From the NCBI RefSeq assembly GCF_009914755.1, contig NC_060945.1: a stretch of DNA of 64,000 bases. The stretch is one strand, 5' to 3'. Shown one piece after another: positions 50,301-64,000 of the stretch (positions are counted from its first letter, which is position 1; each line of letters opens with the position of its first letter). A model generated the notes under the pieces. It did not search any database. It was not told the origin of the DNA and saw only the letters and a program-made list of their open reading frames with translations. The stretch is from the human T2T-CHM13v2.0 reference genome, Homo sapiens. The position numbers and the translations under genes were made by a program.

Positions 50301-53300
50301 TGGAATGGAATGGAATGGAATGGAATGGAGTGGAGTGGAGTGGAGTGGAGTGGAGTGCAATGCAATGGAATGGAATGGACTCGAATGAAATGGAATGGAA
50401 AGGAGTCAAATGGAATGGAATGGACTCGAATGGAATGTAATGGAATGGACTCAAGTGGAATGGAATGGACTTGAATGCAATAGAATGGAATGGAATGGAC
50501 TCGAATGGAATGGAATGGAATGGACAGGAATGGAATGGAAAGGAATGAAATGGAATGGAAAGGAATGGACTTGAGTGGAATAGAATGGCAAGGAATGGAA
50601 TGGACTCGAGTGATATGGAATAGAAAGCACTCGAATGGAATGGAATGGACTCTAGTGCAATGCAATGGAATAGAATGGAGTCAAATGGAATGGAGTGGAA
50701 TGGATTCGAATGGAATGGAACGGAATTCAATGGATTCGAGACAAACAGAATGTAATGGTATGGAATGGACTCGAATGGAATGGAATGGACACGAATGCAA
50801 TGGAATGGAATGGAAAGGAATAAAATGGAATGGAATGGATTGGAATGGAATGCAATCGACTCGAATGCAACGGAATGGAATGCAATGGAATGGACTCGAA
50901 TGGAATAGAGTGGAATTTATTGGATTGGAATCTAATGGTATGGACTCTAATGGAATGGAATGGAACGGACTCGAATGGAATAGAATGGAACGGAATGGAC
51001 ACGAATGGAATGGAATGGACACGAAAGGTATGGAATGGAAGGGGATGGAATGGAATGGAATGGAAGGGAATGGAATGGAGTGGAATGGAACAGAATGGAC
51101 TTGAATGGAATAGAATGGAATGGAAAGGAGTGGACTCGAATGAAATGGAATGGAAAGGACTCAAATGCAATGCAATGGATTCGAATAGAATGCAATAGAA
51201 TGGAATGGACTCGAATGGAATGGAATGGAATGGAATTGACTCAAGTGGAATGGAATGGAGCGGACTCGAATGAAATGGAATGCAGGGGAAGGAACTGGAA
51301 TGGCATGCAATGGAATGGAATAGTCTCGAATGGAATGGAACGGAATGGACTCGAATGGAGTGGAAAGGAATGGACCCAAATGGAATGGAATGGAATTGAT
51401 TGGAGAGGAATGGAATGGAATGGAGAGGAATGGAATGGAATGGAATGGAATAGAATGGAATGGAATGGAATGGAATGGAATGGAATGGAAAGGAATGGAG
51501 TGGAAGAGAATGGAATGGAATGGAATGGAATGGAATGGAATAGAATGGAAAGGAATGGATTTTAATTGAATGGAATGGAATGGAATGGACTCGAATGGAG
51601 TGGAATGGACTCGAATGGAATGGAATGGAATGGATTCGAGTGGAATACAGTGGAATTGTCTCGAATGGAATTCAATGGAATGAACTCCAATGGAATGGAA
51701 TGGACTTGAATGGAATGGAAAGGAAACGACTCGAGTGGAATGGAATGGAATGGAATGGAAAGGAAACGACTCGAGTGGAATGGAATGGAATGGAATGCAC
51801 TCGAATGGAATGGAATGGAATTGACTCGAATGGAATTGAAAGGAATGGACTCGAATAGAATGGAATGGAATGGGCTCGAATGCAATGGAGTGAAATGGAC
51901 TCGAATGGAATGGAAAGGAATTAAATGGACTGGAATTGAATGGAATGCAACGGACTCGAATGGAATGGAATGGAAAGGTCACGAATGAAATGGAATGGAA
52001 TGGAAAGGAATGGAATGGAATGGAATGCAATGCAATGGAATGAAATGGAATGAAATGGAACGGACTCGAATGGAATAGATTAGATTGAAATTTAGTGGAA
52101 TGGACTCTATGGAATGGAATGGAATGGATTCGAATGTAATAGAATGGAATGGAATGGAATGGAATGGAATGGAAAGGAATGGAATGGAATGGAATGGAAT
52201 GGAATCGAATGGAATCGAATGGAATGGAATTTAAAGGACACGAATGGAATGGAATGTACTCGAATGGAATGGAATGGAATGGAAACGACTCGAGTGGAAT
52301 GAAATGGAATGGAATGGAATCGAATGTAATGGAATGAGATTGAATGGACTTGAATGGAATGGAATGGCATGGTCTCAAATGGAATGGAATGGCATGGTCT
52401 CGAATGGAATGCAATTGAATGGACTCAATTGGAATGGAATGGAATTGACTCGAGTGGAATTGAATGGAATGGACCGGAATGGAATTAAGTGTAATGGAAT
52501 GGACACGAATGAAATGGACTCGAATGGAATGGAATGGAATGGAATGGAATGGAATGGAATGGAATGGAATGGAATGAAATGATTTTGAATCGAATGACAT
52601 GGAATGGACTCGAATGGAATGGGTTGGGATTGGTTGGTCTCAAATGGAATGGAATGGAATGGACTCAAATGGAATGGAATGGAATAGAATGGACTCGAAT
52701 ATAATGGAATGGATTTGGCTCGAATGGAATGGAAAGGATTTGAGTGGAATGGAATGGACACGAATGGAATAGAATGGAATGGACTCGAATGGAATGGAAT
52801 GGAATGGACTCAAATGGAATGGAAAGGAATGGACTCAAATGGAATAGAGTGGAATGGAATGGACTCGAATACGATGAAGTGGAATGGACTCGAACGGAAT
52901 GGAATGGACTCCAGTGGAATGGAATGGAATGGTATGGTCTCAAATGGAATGGAAAGGAAAGGAACGAATTCAAATGGAATAGAATGGAATGGATTCGAAT
53001 CTAATGGAGTGGAATGGAATGGACTTGAATGGAATGGAGTGTAATGGAATCAAAAGGAATGGAATGGAATTTAATGGACTCGAATGGAAAGGAATGGAAT
53101 TGAAGGGAATCAAAAGGAATGGATGGGAATGGAATGGAATGGACTCGAATGGAATGGAATGGACTCGAATGGAATGGAAGGGACTTGAACGGAGTGAAGC
53201 CGAATGGATTCGAATGGAATGGAATGGAATGGAATGGAATGGAATGGAATGGAATGAACTCGAATGGAAGGGAATGGACTTGAATGGAATGGAATGGAAT

Positions 53301-56300
53301 GGACTCAAATGGAATGGAAGGACTCAAATGGAGTGGAGCCGAATGGATTTGAATGGAATGGAATGGAATTGAATTGAATGGAATGAACTCGAATGGAATG
53401 GAATGGAATGGAACGAAATGGACTCAAATGGAATGGCATGGAATGGACTCGATCGAATGGAATGGCATAAAATGGAATGGAATGGACTTGAATGTAATGC
53501 AGTTCAATTGAATGTACCCAAAAGGAATGGAATGGAATGAACGGACTCAAATGAAATGGAATGGACCCGAAAGGAATGGAATGGAATAGAATCAACTCGA
53601 GTGGAATGGAATGGAATGGACTCGAATGAAATGGAATGCAGTGGAATGGACTCAAATGAAATGGAATGCAGTGGAATGGACCGGAATGGCATGCAATGGG
53701 ATGAAATAAACTCGAATGGAATGGAACGGACTCGAATAGAAGGGAATGGAATGGACACGAATGGAATGGAACGTAATGGAAGGGAATAGAATGGAACAGA
53801 ATGGATTGGAATAGAATGGAATGGAATGGAGTGGATGCAAATGGAATGGAATGGAATGGATTCGAATGGAATAGAATGGAATTTACTGGATTGGAATCTA
53901 ACGGAATTGACTCTAATGAAATGGAATGGAATGGACTCAAATGGAAGTGAACAGAATGGAATGGATTCGAATGGAATGGAATGGACTCGAATGGAATGGA
54001 ATGGAACTGAATGGAATGGAGTTGAATGCAATAGAATGGAATGGAAAGGAATGGACTCGAATGAAATGGAAAGGTATGGAGTGGAATGGAATGGAATGGA
54101 GTGGAATGGAATGGAATGGAATGGAATGGAATGGAATGGAATGGAATGGAATAACTCAAAAGGAATGGAATGGAATGGACTCAAGCGGAATGGAATGGAC
54201 TCGAAAGCAATAGAATGGAATGGAATGGACTCGAATGGAATGGACAGGAATTGAATGGAATGGAATGGAATAGAATGGACTGTAATGGAATGGAATGGGA
54301 AAGAATGGAATGCAATGGACGAGAATGGAATAGAATGGAAAGGAATGGAATGGACTCGAATGATATGGAATAGAAAGGACTCGAATAGAATGGACTCTAG
54401 TGGAATGGAATGCAATAGAATGGACTCGAATGGAATGGAGTGGAATGGATTCGAACGGAATGGAATGGAATTCAATGGATTTCAGTCAAACGGAATGTAA
54501 TGGTATGGAATGGACTCGAATGGAATGGAATGGAATGGACTCGAATGGAATGGACTCGAATGGAATGGAATAGAATGGAATGGAATGGAATGGAATAAAA
54601 TGGAATGGAATAGAATGGAATGGATTGGAATGGAATGGAATGGACTCAAACGCAATGGAATGTACTCAAATGGAATGGAATGGAATGCAATGGAATGGAC
54701 TCGAATGGAATAGAGTGGAATTTACTGGATTGGAATCTAATGGTATGGACTCTAATGCAATGGAATGGAATGGACTCGAATGGAATAGAATAGAATGGAA
54801 TGGAATGGAATGGAATAAAATGGAATGGAATAGAATGGAATGGATTGGAATGGAATGGAATGGACTCAAACGCAATGGAATGTACTCAAATGGAATGGAA
54901 TGGAATGCAATGGAATGGACTCGAATGGAATAGAGTGGAATTTACTGGATTGGAATCTAATGGTATGGACTCTAATGCAATGGAATGGAATGGACTCGAA
55001 TGGAATAGAATGGAATGGAATGAACTCGAATGGAATGGAATGGACATGAAAGGTATGGAATGGAATGGGATGGAATGGAATGGACTGGAATGGAAGGGAA
55101 TGGAATGGAGTGGAATGGAACAGAATGGAATTGAATGGAATAGAATGGAATGGAAAGGAAAGGACTCAAATTAAATGGAATGTAAAGGACTGAAATGCAA
55201 TGGAATGGAATGGAATGGAAACGACTCGAGTGGAATGGAATGGAATGGAATGCACTCGAATGGAATGGAATGGGATTGACTTGAATGGAATAGAAAGGAA
55301 TGGAGTCGAATAGAATGGAATGCAATGGAATGGACTCGAATGCAATGGAGTGGAATGGACTCGAATGTAATGGAAAGGAATTAAATGGACTGGAATCGAC
55401 TGGAATGCAATGGACTCGAATGGAATGGAATGAAAAGGACACGAATGGAATGGAATGGAATGGAATGGAATGCAATGGAATGGAATGCAATGGGATGGTA
55501 TGGTATGGATTGGGATGGACTTGAATGGAATAGAAAGGGATAGAATGGAATGAATTTAAAAAGAATGGAATGGAATGGACTCCAATGGAATGGAAAGGCC
55601 ACGAATTGAATGGAATGGAAAGGAACAGACTCGAATGGAATAGATTGGAATTTAGTGGAATGCACTCTGATGGAATAGAATGGAATGGAATCGAATGGAA
55701 AGGAATTTAAAGGACTCGAATGGAATGGAATGTATTCGAAAGGAATGGAATGGAATCGAAAAGACTTGAGTGGAATGAAATGGAATGGAATGGAATAGAA
55801 TGTAATGGAATGGGAGTGAATGGACTCGAATGGAATGGAATGGCATGGACTCGAATGGAATGGAATGGAATGCAATTTAATGGACTCAAATGGAATGGAA
55901 TGGAATTGACTCGAATGGAATTGAATAGAATGGACCGGAATGGAATTAAGTGTAATGGAATGGACACGAGTGATATGGAATGGAATGGACTCGAATGGAA
56001 TGGAATGGAATGGAATGAAATGGAATGGAATGGAATGATTTCGAATTGAATGACATGGAATGGACTCGAATGGAATGGGTTCGGATTGGATGGTCTCAAA
56101 TGGAATGGAATGGAATGGAATGGACTTAAATGGAATGGAATGGAATATAATGGACTCGAATGGAATGAAATGGACTCCAGTGGAATGGAATGGAATGTTA
56201 TGGTCTCAAATGGAATGGAACAGATTCAAATGGAATAGAAAGGAATGGACTAGAATCTAATGGAGTGCAATTGAATGGACTCGAATTGAATGGAGTGTAA

Positions 56301-59300
56301 TGGAATCGAGTGGAATGGAATGTAATTTAAAGGACTCGAATGGAATGGAATGGAATGGACCCAAAAGGTATGGATTGGAATGGAATGGAATGGACTCGAA
56401 TGGAACGGAAGGGACTCCAATGGAATGGAATTGAAAGGAATCCACTCGAGTGAAACGGAATGGAATGGAATGGAATGCACACGAATGGAATGGAATGGAA
56501 TTGACTCGAATGGAATAGAAAGGAATGGACTCGAATGGAATGAAATAGAATGCAATGGACTCGAATGGAATGGAGTGGAATGGACCCGAATGGAAAAGAA
56601 TGGAATGGAGTCGAATGGAATGAAGTGGAATGGAATGGACAAGAATGGAATGGAATGGAATGGAATGGAACGGAACGGAACAGAACAGAATGGAACGGAA
56701 TGTAATGGAATGAAATGGCCTCGAATGGAACGGAATGCAATGGAATGAACACGAATGAAATAGAATGGAACAGAAAAGAATGGAATGGACTCCAATGGAA
56801 AGCAATTGAATTGAATAGACTCGAAAGGAATGGAATGGAATGGAATGGAGTAGAGTGATATGGACTGGAATGGAATAGAATGGAATGGAATGGAATGGAA
56901 TGGAATGGCATCGAATGGAATTGAATGGAAAGCAATGGAATGGACTCAAATGAAATAGAATGGAATTGACTCGATTGGAATAGAATGGAATGGAATGGAC
57001 GCTAATGGAATGGAATGGAATGGACATGAAACATATGGAATGGAATGGGATGGAATGGAATGGACTGGAATAGAAGAGAATGGAATAGAGTGGAATGGAA
57101 CGGAATGGACTTGAATGGAATAGAATGGAATGGAATGGAATGGACTCGAATGAAATGGAATGGAATGGACTCAAATGCAATGGAATGGATTCGAATGGAA
57201 TGGAATGGAATGGACTCGAATGGAATGCAACGGAATGGACTCAAGTGGAAAGGAATAGAATGGACTCGAATGGAATAGAATGGAATGGAATGGAATCGAA
57301 TGGAATGGAATTGAATGGACACGAATGGAATGGAAGGAAGTGGAATGGAATGGAGTGGAATGGAATGGAATGGAGTTGAATGGAAAGGAATGGACTTGGA
57401 TTGAATAGAAAGGAGTGGAATGGAATGGACTCGAATGAAATGGAATGGAAAGGACTTGAATGAAATGGAATGGACTCGAATGGAATGTAATGGATTGGAA
57501 TGGAGTCGAATGGAATGGAATGGACTAAAGAGGAATGAAATGGAATACACTCGAATGGAATATAATGGAAAGGAATGGGCTCGAATGGAATGGAATGGAG
57601 TGGAATGGAATGGACTGGAATGGAATGGAACGGACTGGGATGGAATGGAATGGAATGGAATAGAATGGAATAGAATGGAATGGAATGGAGTGCACTCGAA
57701 TGAAATGGAATGGAATGGATTCGAATGGAATGGAATGGACACGAGTGGAATGGAATGGATTCGAATGGAATGGAATGGAAAGTAATCGAATGGAATTTAA
57801 TGGAATGGAATGGAATGGACTCGAATGGAATGGAGTGGAATGGATTTGAATGGAATGGAATCAAATGGACTCGAGTAGAACGGAATGTAATGGTAAGGAA
57901 TAGACTCGAATGGAATCGAATGGAATGGAGTGAAAGGGACTCGAATGAAATGGAATGGAAAGGACTCGAATGCAATGGAATGGACTCGAATGGAATGGAA
58001 CGGAATGGACTCAAGTGGAATGGAATTGAATAGACTGGAATGGAATAGAAAGGAATGGAATGGAATGGAATGTACTCTAAAGGAATGGAATTGAATGGAC
58101 ACGAATGGAATGGAATGGACTGGAATGGAATGGAGTGGAGTGGAATGGAAAGGAATGGACTTGAATGGAATAGAGTGGAGTGGAATGGAATGGACTCGAA
58201 TGAAATGGAATGGAAAGGACTTGAATACAATGGAATGGACTCGAATGGAATATAATGGATTGGAATGGTATCAAATGGAATGGAATGGAATAGACTCGAA
58301 TGGAATATAATGGAAAGGGAAGGGCTCGAATGGAAGGGAATGGAATGGACACGAATGGAATGGAATGGAGTGAAATGGAATTGATTGGAATGGAATGGAA
58401 TGGAATGGAATGCACTTGAATAGAATGGAATGGAATGGAATAAAGGGAACGGAATGGATTAGATTCGAATGGAATATAATGGAAAGGAATGGGCTCAAAT
58501 GGAATGGAATGGAATGGACAGGAATGGAATGTAATGGAGTGGAATGGAATGGAATGGAATGCACTTGAATGGAATAGAATGGAATGGAATGGACTCAAAT
58601 GGAATGGAATGGACATGAGTGAAATGGAATGGAATGGACTCGAATGGAATGGAATGGAATGGAATGGAATGGACTCAAATTGGATGGAATGGTATGTAAT
58701 GGACTCGAATGGAATGGATTGTAAAGGACGCAAATGGAATAGAATGGAATGGCATGGAATAGAATGGACTGGAATGGAATGGACTCAAGTGGAATGGAAT
58801 GGAATGGAATGGACACGAATGGAATTGCATGAAATGGAATGGACTCTAATGGAATGGACACGAATGGAATGGAATGGAATTGAAAGGAATGGACTGTAAT
58901 GGAATGGAAAGGAATGGAGGAAAGGAATCGAAAAAAGGAATGGAGTGGAATGGAATGGACTCGAATGGAATGGAAAGGACTCGAGTGGAATGGAATGGAA
59001 TGGATTTGACTCGAATGGAATAGAGTGGAATGGATTCGAATGGAATGGAATGGAATGGACTCAAGTCGAACGGAATGTAATGGTAAGGAATGGACTCGAA
59101 TTGAATGGAACGGAATGAAAGGGACTCGAATGAAATGGAATGGAATGGACTCGAATTTAATGCAATGGAATGTAATGGAATGGAATGGACTCAAATGTTA
59201 TGGAATGGAACTGAATGGACTCGAAAGGAATGGAATGGAATGGACTCGAAAGGAAGGGAATGGAATGGAATGGAATTGAATGGAATGGAATTGAACGGAA

Positions 59301-59737
59301 GGGAATGGAATGGACTCCAATGGAATGGCATGGTCTCGAAGGTAACTGAAAGGAACGAAAACGACTCGAGTGGAATGGAATGGAATGGAATGGAATGGAA
59401 TGGAATGGACTCTAATGGGATGGAATGGAATTGAATGGACTCTAATGGAATTGAATAGAATGGAATGGACTCGAATGGAATGGAATGGAATTGACACGAA
59501 TGGAATTGAAGGGAATGGACCCGAATGGAATGGAATGGACTTCAATTGAATGCAGTGGAATTCATTGGGTTCAAATGGAATGGAATGGAATGGAAAAGAA
59601 TGGAATGGAATAGAATTTAATGGGATTGAATGGAATGGACTTGAATCGAATGGAATGGAATGGACTCAAATGGAATAACATTGATTGGAATGGAATGGAC
59701 TCGTATGGAATGGAATGGCATTGAATGGATTCAAATG
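50301..59737 (+). repeat. Human satellite 3 (HSat3, (GGAAT)n/(CATTC)n), HSat3A-like
   Basis: ~9.4 kb of GGAAT pentamers with frequent GGACTCGAAT decamers, G-rich strand on +. It lacks the ATCATCGAATGG motif typical of HSat2/HSat3B. Confidence 0.97.
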
Positions 59738-61099
59738 TTTAAGGAAAAAAATAATCTTAGCAGTCCATGTTGAGTGAACATTTCAATCCATGTAAAGGCG
59801 AAGGTCAGCTGCCACCATGCCATGCAAACCTTATAGTACGTGACATGTTAAATCAGTAACCTCAAAAGGGACTTCTGAGAAGCTATGAGTAAAAGGCACA
59901 CACAAAATGCCTCTGAGATAGATTCACAAATGAAATGGAAAACGATATCTATGTATATCCAAGAATAATAGTAATTATTAGAAAACAAGAAAACTTCTAA
60001 ATTGAAAGAATCCCTAAAGTAAAAGTAGACCAAAGAAAAAGAAATAAAGATGAGAAGTGAGATGAGGCAGAAATGGTGAGTGACAAGGAGACATACTGAG
60101 AAAAAAAGTAGCTAAAGACAGTGTGTTATTATTTCAGCAAAATTAAGTATATCAATACTGAGAAATATGACTTGAAATAGATTCAGTACCTCAGGCAGAA
60201 ACATAAACAAATAACATCTGGCTTTTTCTTTTGATAACCAGTATTTTAAATATAAAAATCTAAAAATATTATCTTTGTGTAAGAGTTACACATTTATCAT
60301 TCCAGTCCTCAGGGTGCATTGTTTCCAAGTAAACAGTAATCATTTCAATAACAAAAGTGCGCTATAAATACTGTATGGAAATAAATGTCCTAACAGATGC
60401 TAACCAGACCTCAGTCTTCACTGGTAAGGACTAGATTTGAAGGTGTTTGCAGATAATTAAAACTTGTTTTCATAACATAACTTAGCAGCTAAGTAGTATA
60501 ATGAAAATGGGATATTCAAATTATAAGATATAAAATATTAAAGATAGAAGAACATGTTTATTTTTTCAATATAAATGTTGTTACAGCTCAGAGAAACAGT
60601 ATGAAATCTCAGGGCTCATGAAAGGCCACATTCTAGAGATAGTGATTGACAGGTATGGCAATTCCCCTACAGCGTGGTGCCTGTTGTCATGGAGTAGCAT
60701 GTCTCTTACAGGGTACTACCAGAAGGCTCAAGTAGGAAGAGCCAATAGTCCATGTGAGAAACCATGGAAGGCTAAAGATAGAAGGAAATATTTGGGCCAC
60801 TATGAAGAGCAAGTTCACCAGGTGAATTGGCATGTGGCTAGGGTACAACTTCCCATACATACATAAATAATGAAGCAGTAAAAAAATTAAGTTATCAGAG
60901 AAGTATTTTATTATTATTAGAGTCATGATTAGCATTCTCCTCACCAGGAGAGTTTTATGTTTTTTTCTAGCTCTACTCTATACTTTTTAAACACTGTCTC
61001 CAATTTTGAAAATAAAAGTTTCTTATTTTTAATTCAACTCTCAATTAAAATAAAACAAAAACCAAAAATGTAGAAGTTCTTTATTTTGACCATCTATAT

Positions 61100-62975
61100 A
61101 TCATACACAACAAAAAGACTGATAAAATTCCACCAAACACAACAGCTAGATCCGTATTCCCGTTAATGCTTAAGCCCATTCCAATAAGGATTTTGTACCA
61201 AATCTGCCCTTGCCAAGGCTACCCAGGGCCTTCATTTAATTATTTGCAATGGACAATTTGAACTTCACATCCGTGTTGGCTTCCTTACATCCTAGGTGCA
61301 CATACGGCCAGACCAGATTTTTCCCATCAGATGTGATTTGATCTTCCAACTTTGGAATGCCTTGATGACTTCCTCTTTATCTAAAGATCACTTTAAAAAG
61401 CCTGAAGTATTTGGCTCTTCCCTAAATCTTTGGCCAGATGCAATGTCATCCTCCCATTGGCTTTCTTTGTCCAAACTACATTAGCCTTATCTCAGATCTT
61501 CAAACAAGTTATATTTCCTGCCTAAGATGTTTGTATGAGTGAGTGAAAGTCTGATGAAGATAGTTCCTTTTTGCCCCCAAAGGTTTTATTGATCATGCTG
61601 ATAATGAATTTATTGTTATTTTAATCTCTTACTGTTATACTCAGGCTTAAATTCTCTACCCTATACACTTCAGTTGACATAATTTTAATTTCCACTCTGA
61701 TGCTTCTCTCTTTTCTATCAACACTCTCTCCCCACAGGGTTTCATCTAGATCAGGAGTCAGCAACATTTTTGACAAAGAGCCAGACAGTAAATAGTGCAG
61801 GCTTTGTGTTGCCAAGAGGCAAATTTATGGAACTTTCCCTGCTGAAAAATTTCCCTATATTTTACATTTTAGACTTATAAATGATACACGTACTTATAAC
61901 TCATGAGCCACACAAAAACAGGCAGCAGACCAGATCTGGCTCATGGGCTATAATAGTTTGCCAACCCCTCACTTAGATTCATGACTTTAGGCATGATCTA
62001 TAGGGTACGATTATCTAACTCACATCTCTAGCAAAGTCAACTTGTCAGTGCCTACTTGATGTCTCCACTTGGATTCTAACTAGCGTCTTAATTTAAGATT
62101 AAAAAAATGTAAAATCAATCACACATATGCACCTACCCACACCTCTGTCACTTGCAAACTGCCTCATGTCATCAAGATGTTGCCATATCACTAAAAGTGA
62201 CCATAATCCCCCATGTCCCTAAATCCAAATACCTTGATATAATTCTTGCTCAGTAAATTCAATCATCTTCAAATCAACTTCCAATCTCAACTGATTTTCT
62301 CCAACTTTATTGCTACAATCATAATCCCAACCACCATCATCCTTCAACTGGACAGGTGCTAAATGAACCCCTTCCTTCACTATTGTACCCTTCCACAATA
62401 GTACACCCTCCTAAGAGCTAACCTCATCATATCACATATCCATCATACACTTTTCAATGTAGTTAATTTATATTCACACTTTGATATAAGATCTAAATTT
62501 GGTCCCTGAGGGCACTCATGTAATATCTCTCCATGCTCTTCCTTCATGGACATTCCAGCCAAACTGGCCTTCTTTTCTTTGTAAGAAACTATCAAGCTGT
62601 CTTTTTAAATTACAGAACTTTATATCTGCCCTTCTTTCCACTCAGAGCACCCCAGATCTTCAAAGTACCTTCCTATTTGTCTCCATTCAACTCTCAAATG
62701 AAATATTACCTCCTCAGAGAGAAAAATTCTCTGAAATACCTATAGCCTGATCAGTGCCTTCCTACTTGCCAGTTTTACTCAGCCATGTTATCACATGTAA
62801 TCGTCTTCATAGTAGTGTACCTTATAGCCCTTCACACCATTGCTTTGTTTAGGTATTTGTATGTCTTCATCCTCTTTCCCTCCTCACTACAGCATAGCCA
62901 ATTGTGTCTTTGCCTTCTTCACTGCTATATCCCCTAGTGCCTGGTAGGCTTTCTATAAATAGCCATTTATTGACT
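61100..62975 (+). mobile_element. Diverged L2 remnants
   Basis: CTGCCCTTGCCAAGGCTACC..CCTACTTGATGTCTCCACTTGGA..TTCACTGCTATATCCCCTAGTGCCTGG. Confidence 0.65.
61752..61969. mobile_element. MER58-like hAT-Charlie DNA transposon
   Basis: CAGGAGTCAGCAAC..AAAGAGCCAGACAGTAAATA..GGCTTTGTG and terminal TAGTTTGCCAACCCCT (imperfect TIRs). Confidence 0.7.
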
Positions 62976-64000
62976 TATTGACTACATGTATATGCTAATC
63001 CTTTTTACTAATTTGTGTTATACTATATATTTCTTTTCTCCCTCTCTTTGCTTCCCTCTCTTCTCATGTCCCTTGATGCTTCCTACTCAATATTAACATG
63101 TGCATCATTTTGTGTCTTCAGCATTTCTCTTTTCATTATATTATGATAGGTTAATTTTCCTAAGAAGACACTATTTTGACAAAAGCAAAGCATTAAAGTA
63201 AAGCAGCATAGGATCAATTTTTTCCTGGTGGAAGGAAACACCATCTTTCCAAGAAGACAATTCCGCCATGAAACAAAACAAACCAAAACATTTCTGGTAA
63301 GTCCTAGTTCCCAAGACTTGAAGCCAGTATGTTTTTCCACTTTCAAGTATCCTTGACTGTAGAGACAAAAGGTATCCACTTAGAGATATTAACTCATTAG
63401 CACTGCCTAAATTTGGGTTCCAGAAACACAACTTAATATGAAATCAATGGATGTGATAATCATTTGAAAGTAGCTTTATCAAAATCATCCGACAGAACAA
63501 GTTACTTTTCTAATTAGCATCTTCAGTTAAATACCTAAATCTGATGAATAATAAGTTATGCATTATGCTAAATTGCATTGGCTCACTATTCTAGAATGCT
63601 TTCAAATTAATTAAAAATGAGATATTCAGTAATGAGAAATATAAAAAGATAACCTATTTCAATCAGTTTAAGTTAGAATTTAACATTTCTTCAATACACT
63701 ATTTTGTAGTCAATTGCAAGAGTAATAAAGCAAAATTATTGAGTCTTTAATAGTGACCATTCAAAATTCATAATGAATTATTAGAAAGAAAACTAAGGTC
63801 CCTACCAACTTTCCACCTCACTTCAAACCATAGCCAAGGTCCTTACAACAGCAAGTAAGACTCCACACAATTCCCACTTCTTCACCTCTATTCTGTTACT
63901 TCTGGAATCTTCTACTACTCCAAATTGTGTGTTTTGCTCCAGACTCAGCAGTTCTCACTATCTTGTTCTTCCAATTGCCATCTTCTCTGTGTGGCCTTTC

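Noticed and set aside
50282-59545. Dozens of long ORFs (up to 479 aa) of IPFHS/MEWNG repeats
   Set aside because: These are translations of the stop-poor (GGAAT)n pentamer. There is no gene structure.
50301-59737. Regularly spaced repeat resembling a CRISPR array
   Set aside because: It is a continuous pentamer satellite with no unique spacers or cas genes, in primate DNA.
60618-60866. 82-aa ATG-initiated ORF in non-repetitive sequence
   Set aside because: No recognisable homology, promoter or splice context, and the length is within chance expectation.

Overview
Human (or closely related great-ape) juxtacentromeric/acrocentric-type DNA, a mosaic of segmental-duplication pieces with no complete protein-coding gene. 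From left to right: (1) ~1-4.2 kb is a paralogous KMT2C (MLL3) exon 7 plus truncated intron, i.e. a BAGE-family exon. (2) ~4.2-6.9 kb is an L1PA 3' end fused to the 3' part of a CTBP2 processed pseudogene lying in an old L1. (3) ~6.9-50.3 kb is an Alu-dense block that I identify as a duplicate of the FANK1/DHX32 head-to-head region. It carries the CpG island, an RFX X-box, FANK1 coding exon 1, a U2 snRNA retropseudogene and internal inverted/direct duplications. (4) 50.3-59.7 kb is a diverged HSat3 (GGAAT)n array with ~3.5-3.75 kb periodicity. (5) 59.7-64 kb is unassigned AT-rich sequence with L2 and MER58. I found no evidence of a new protein-based system. The most promising leads are an orphaned bidirectional promoter aimed at HSat3 on one side and antisense to BAGE on the other, the dual-frame KMT2C/BAGE exon, and the duplication and junction architecture. 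Gene identities come from my recall of these sequences, not from database searches. Repeat boundaries and subfamilies are approximate, and not every short Alu/MIR/L2 fragment is listed.
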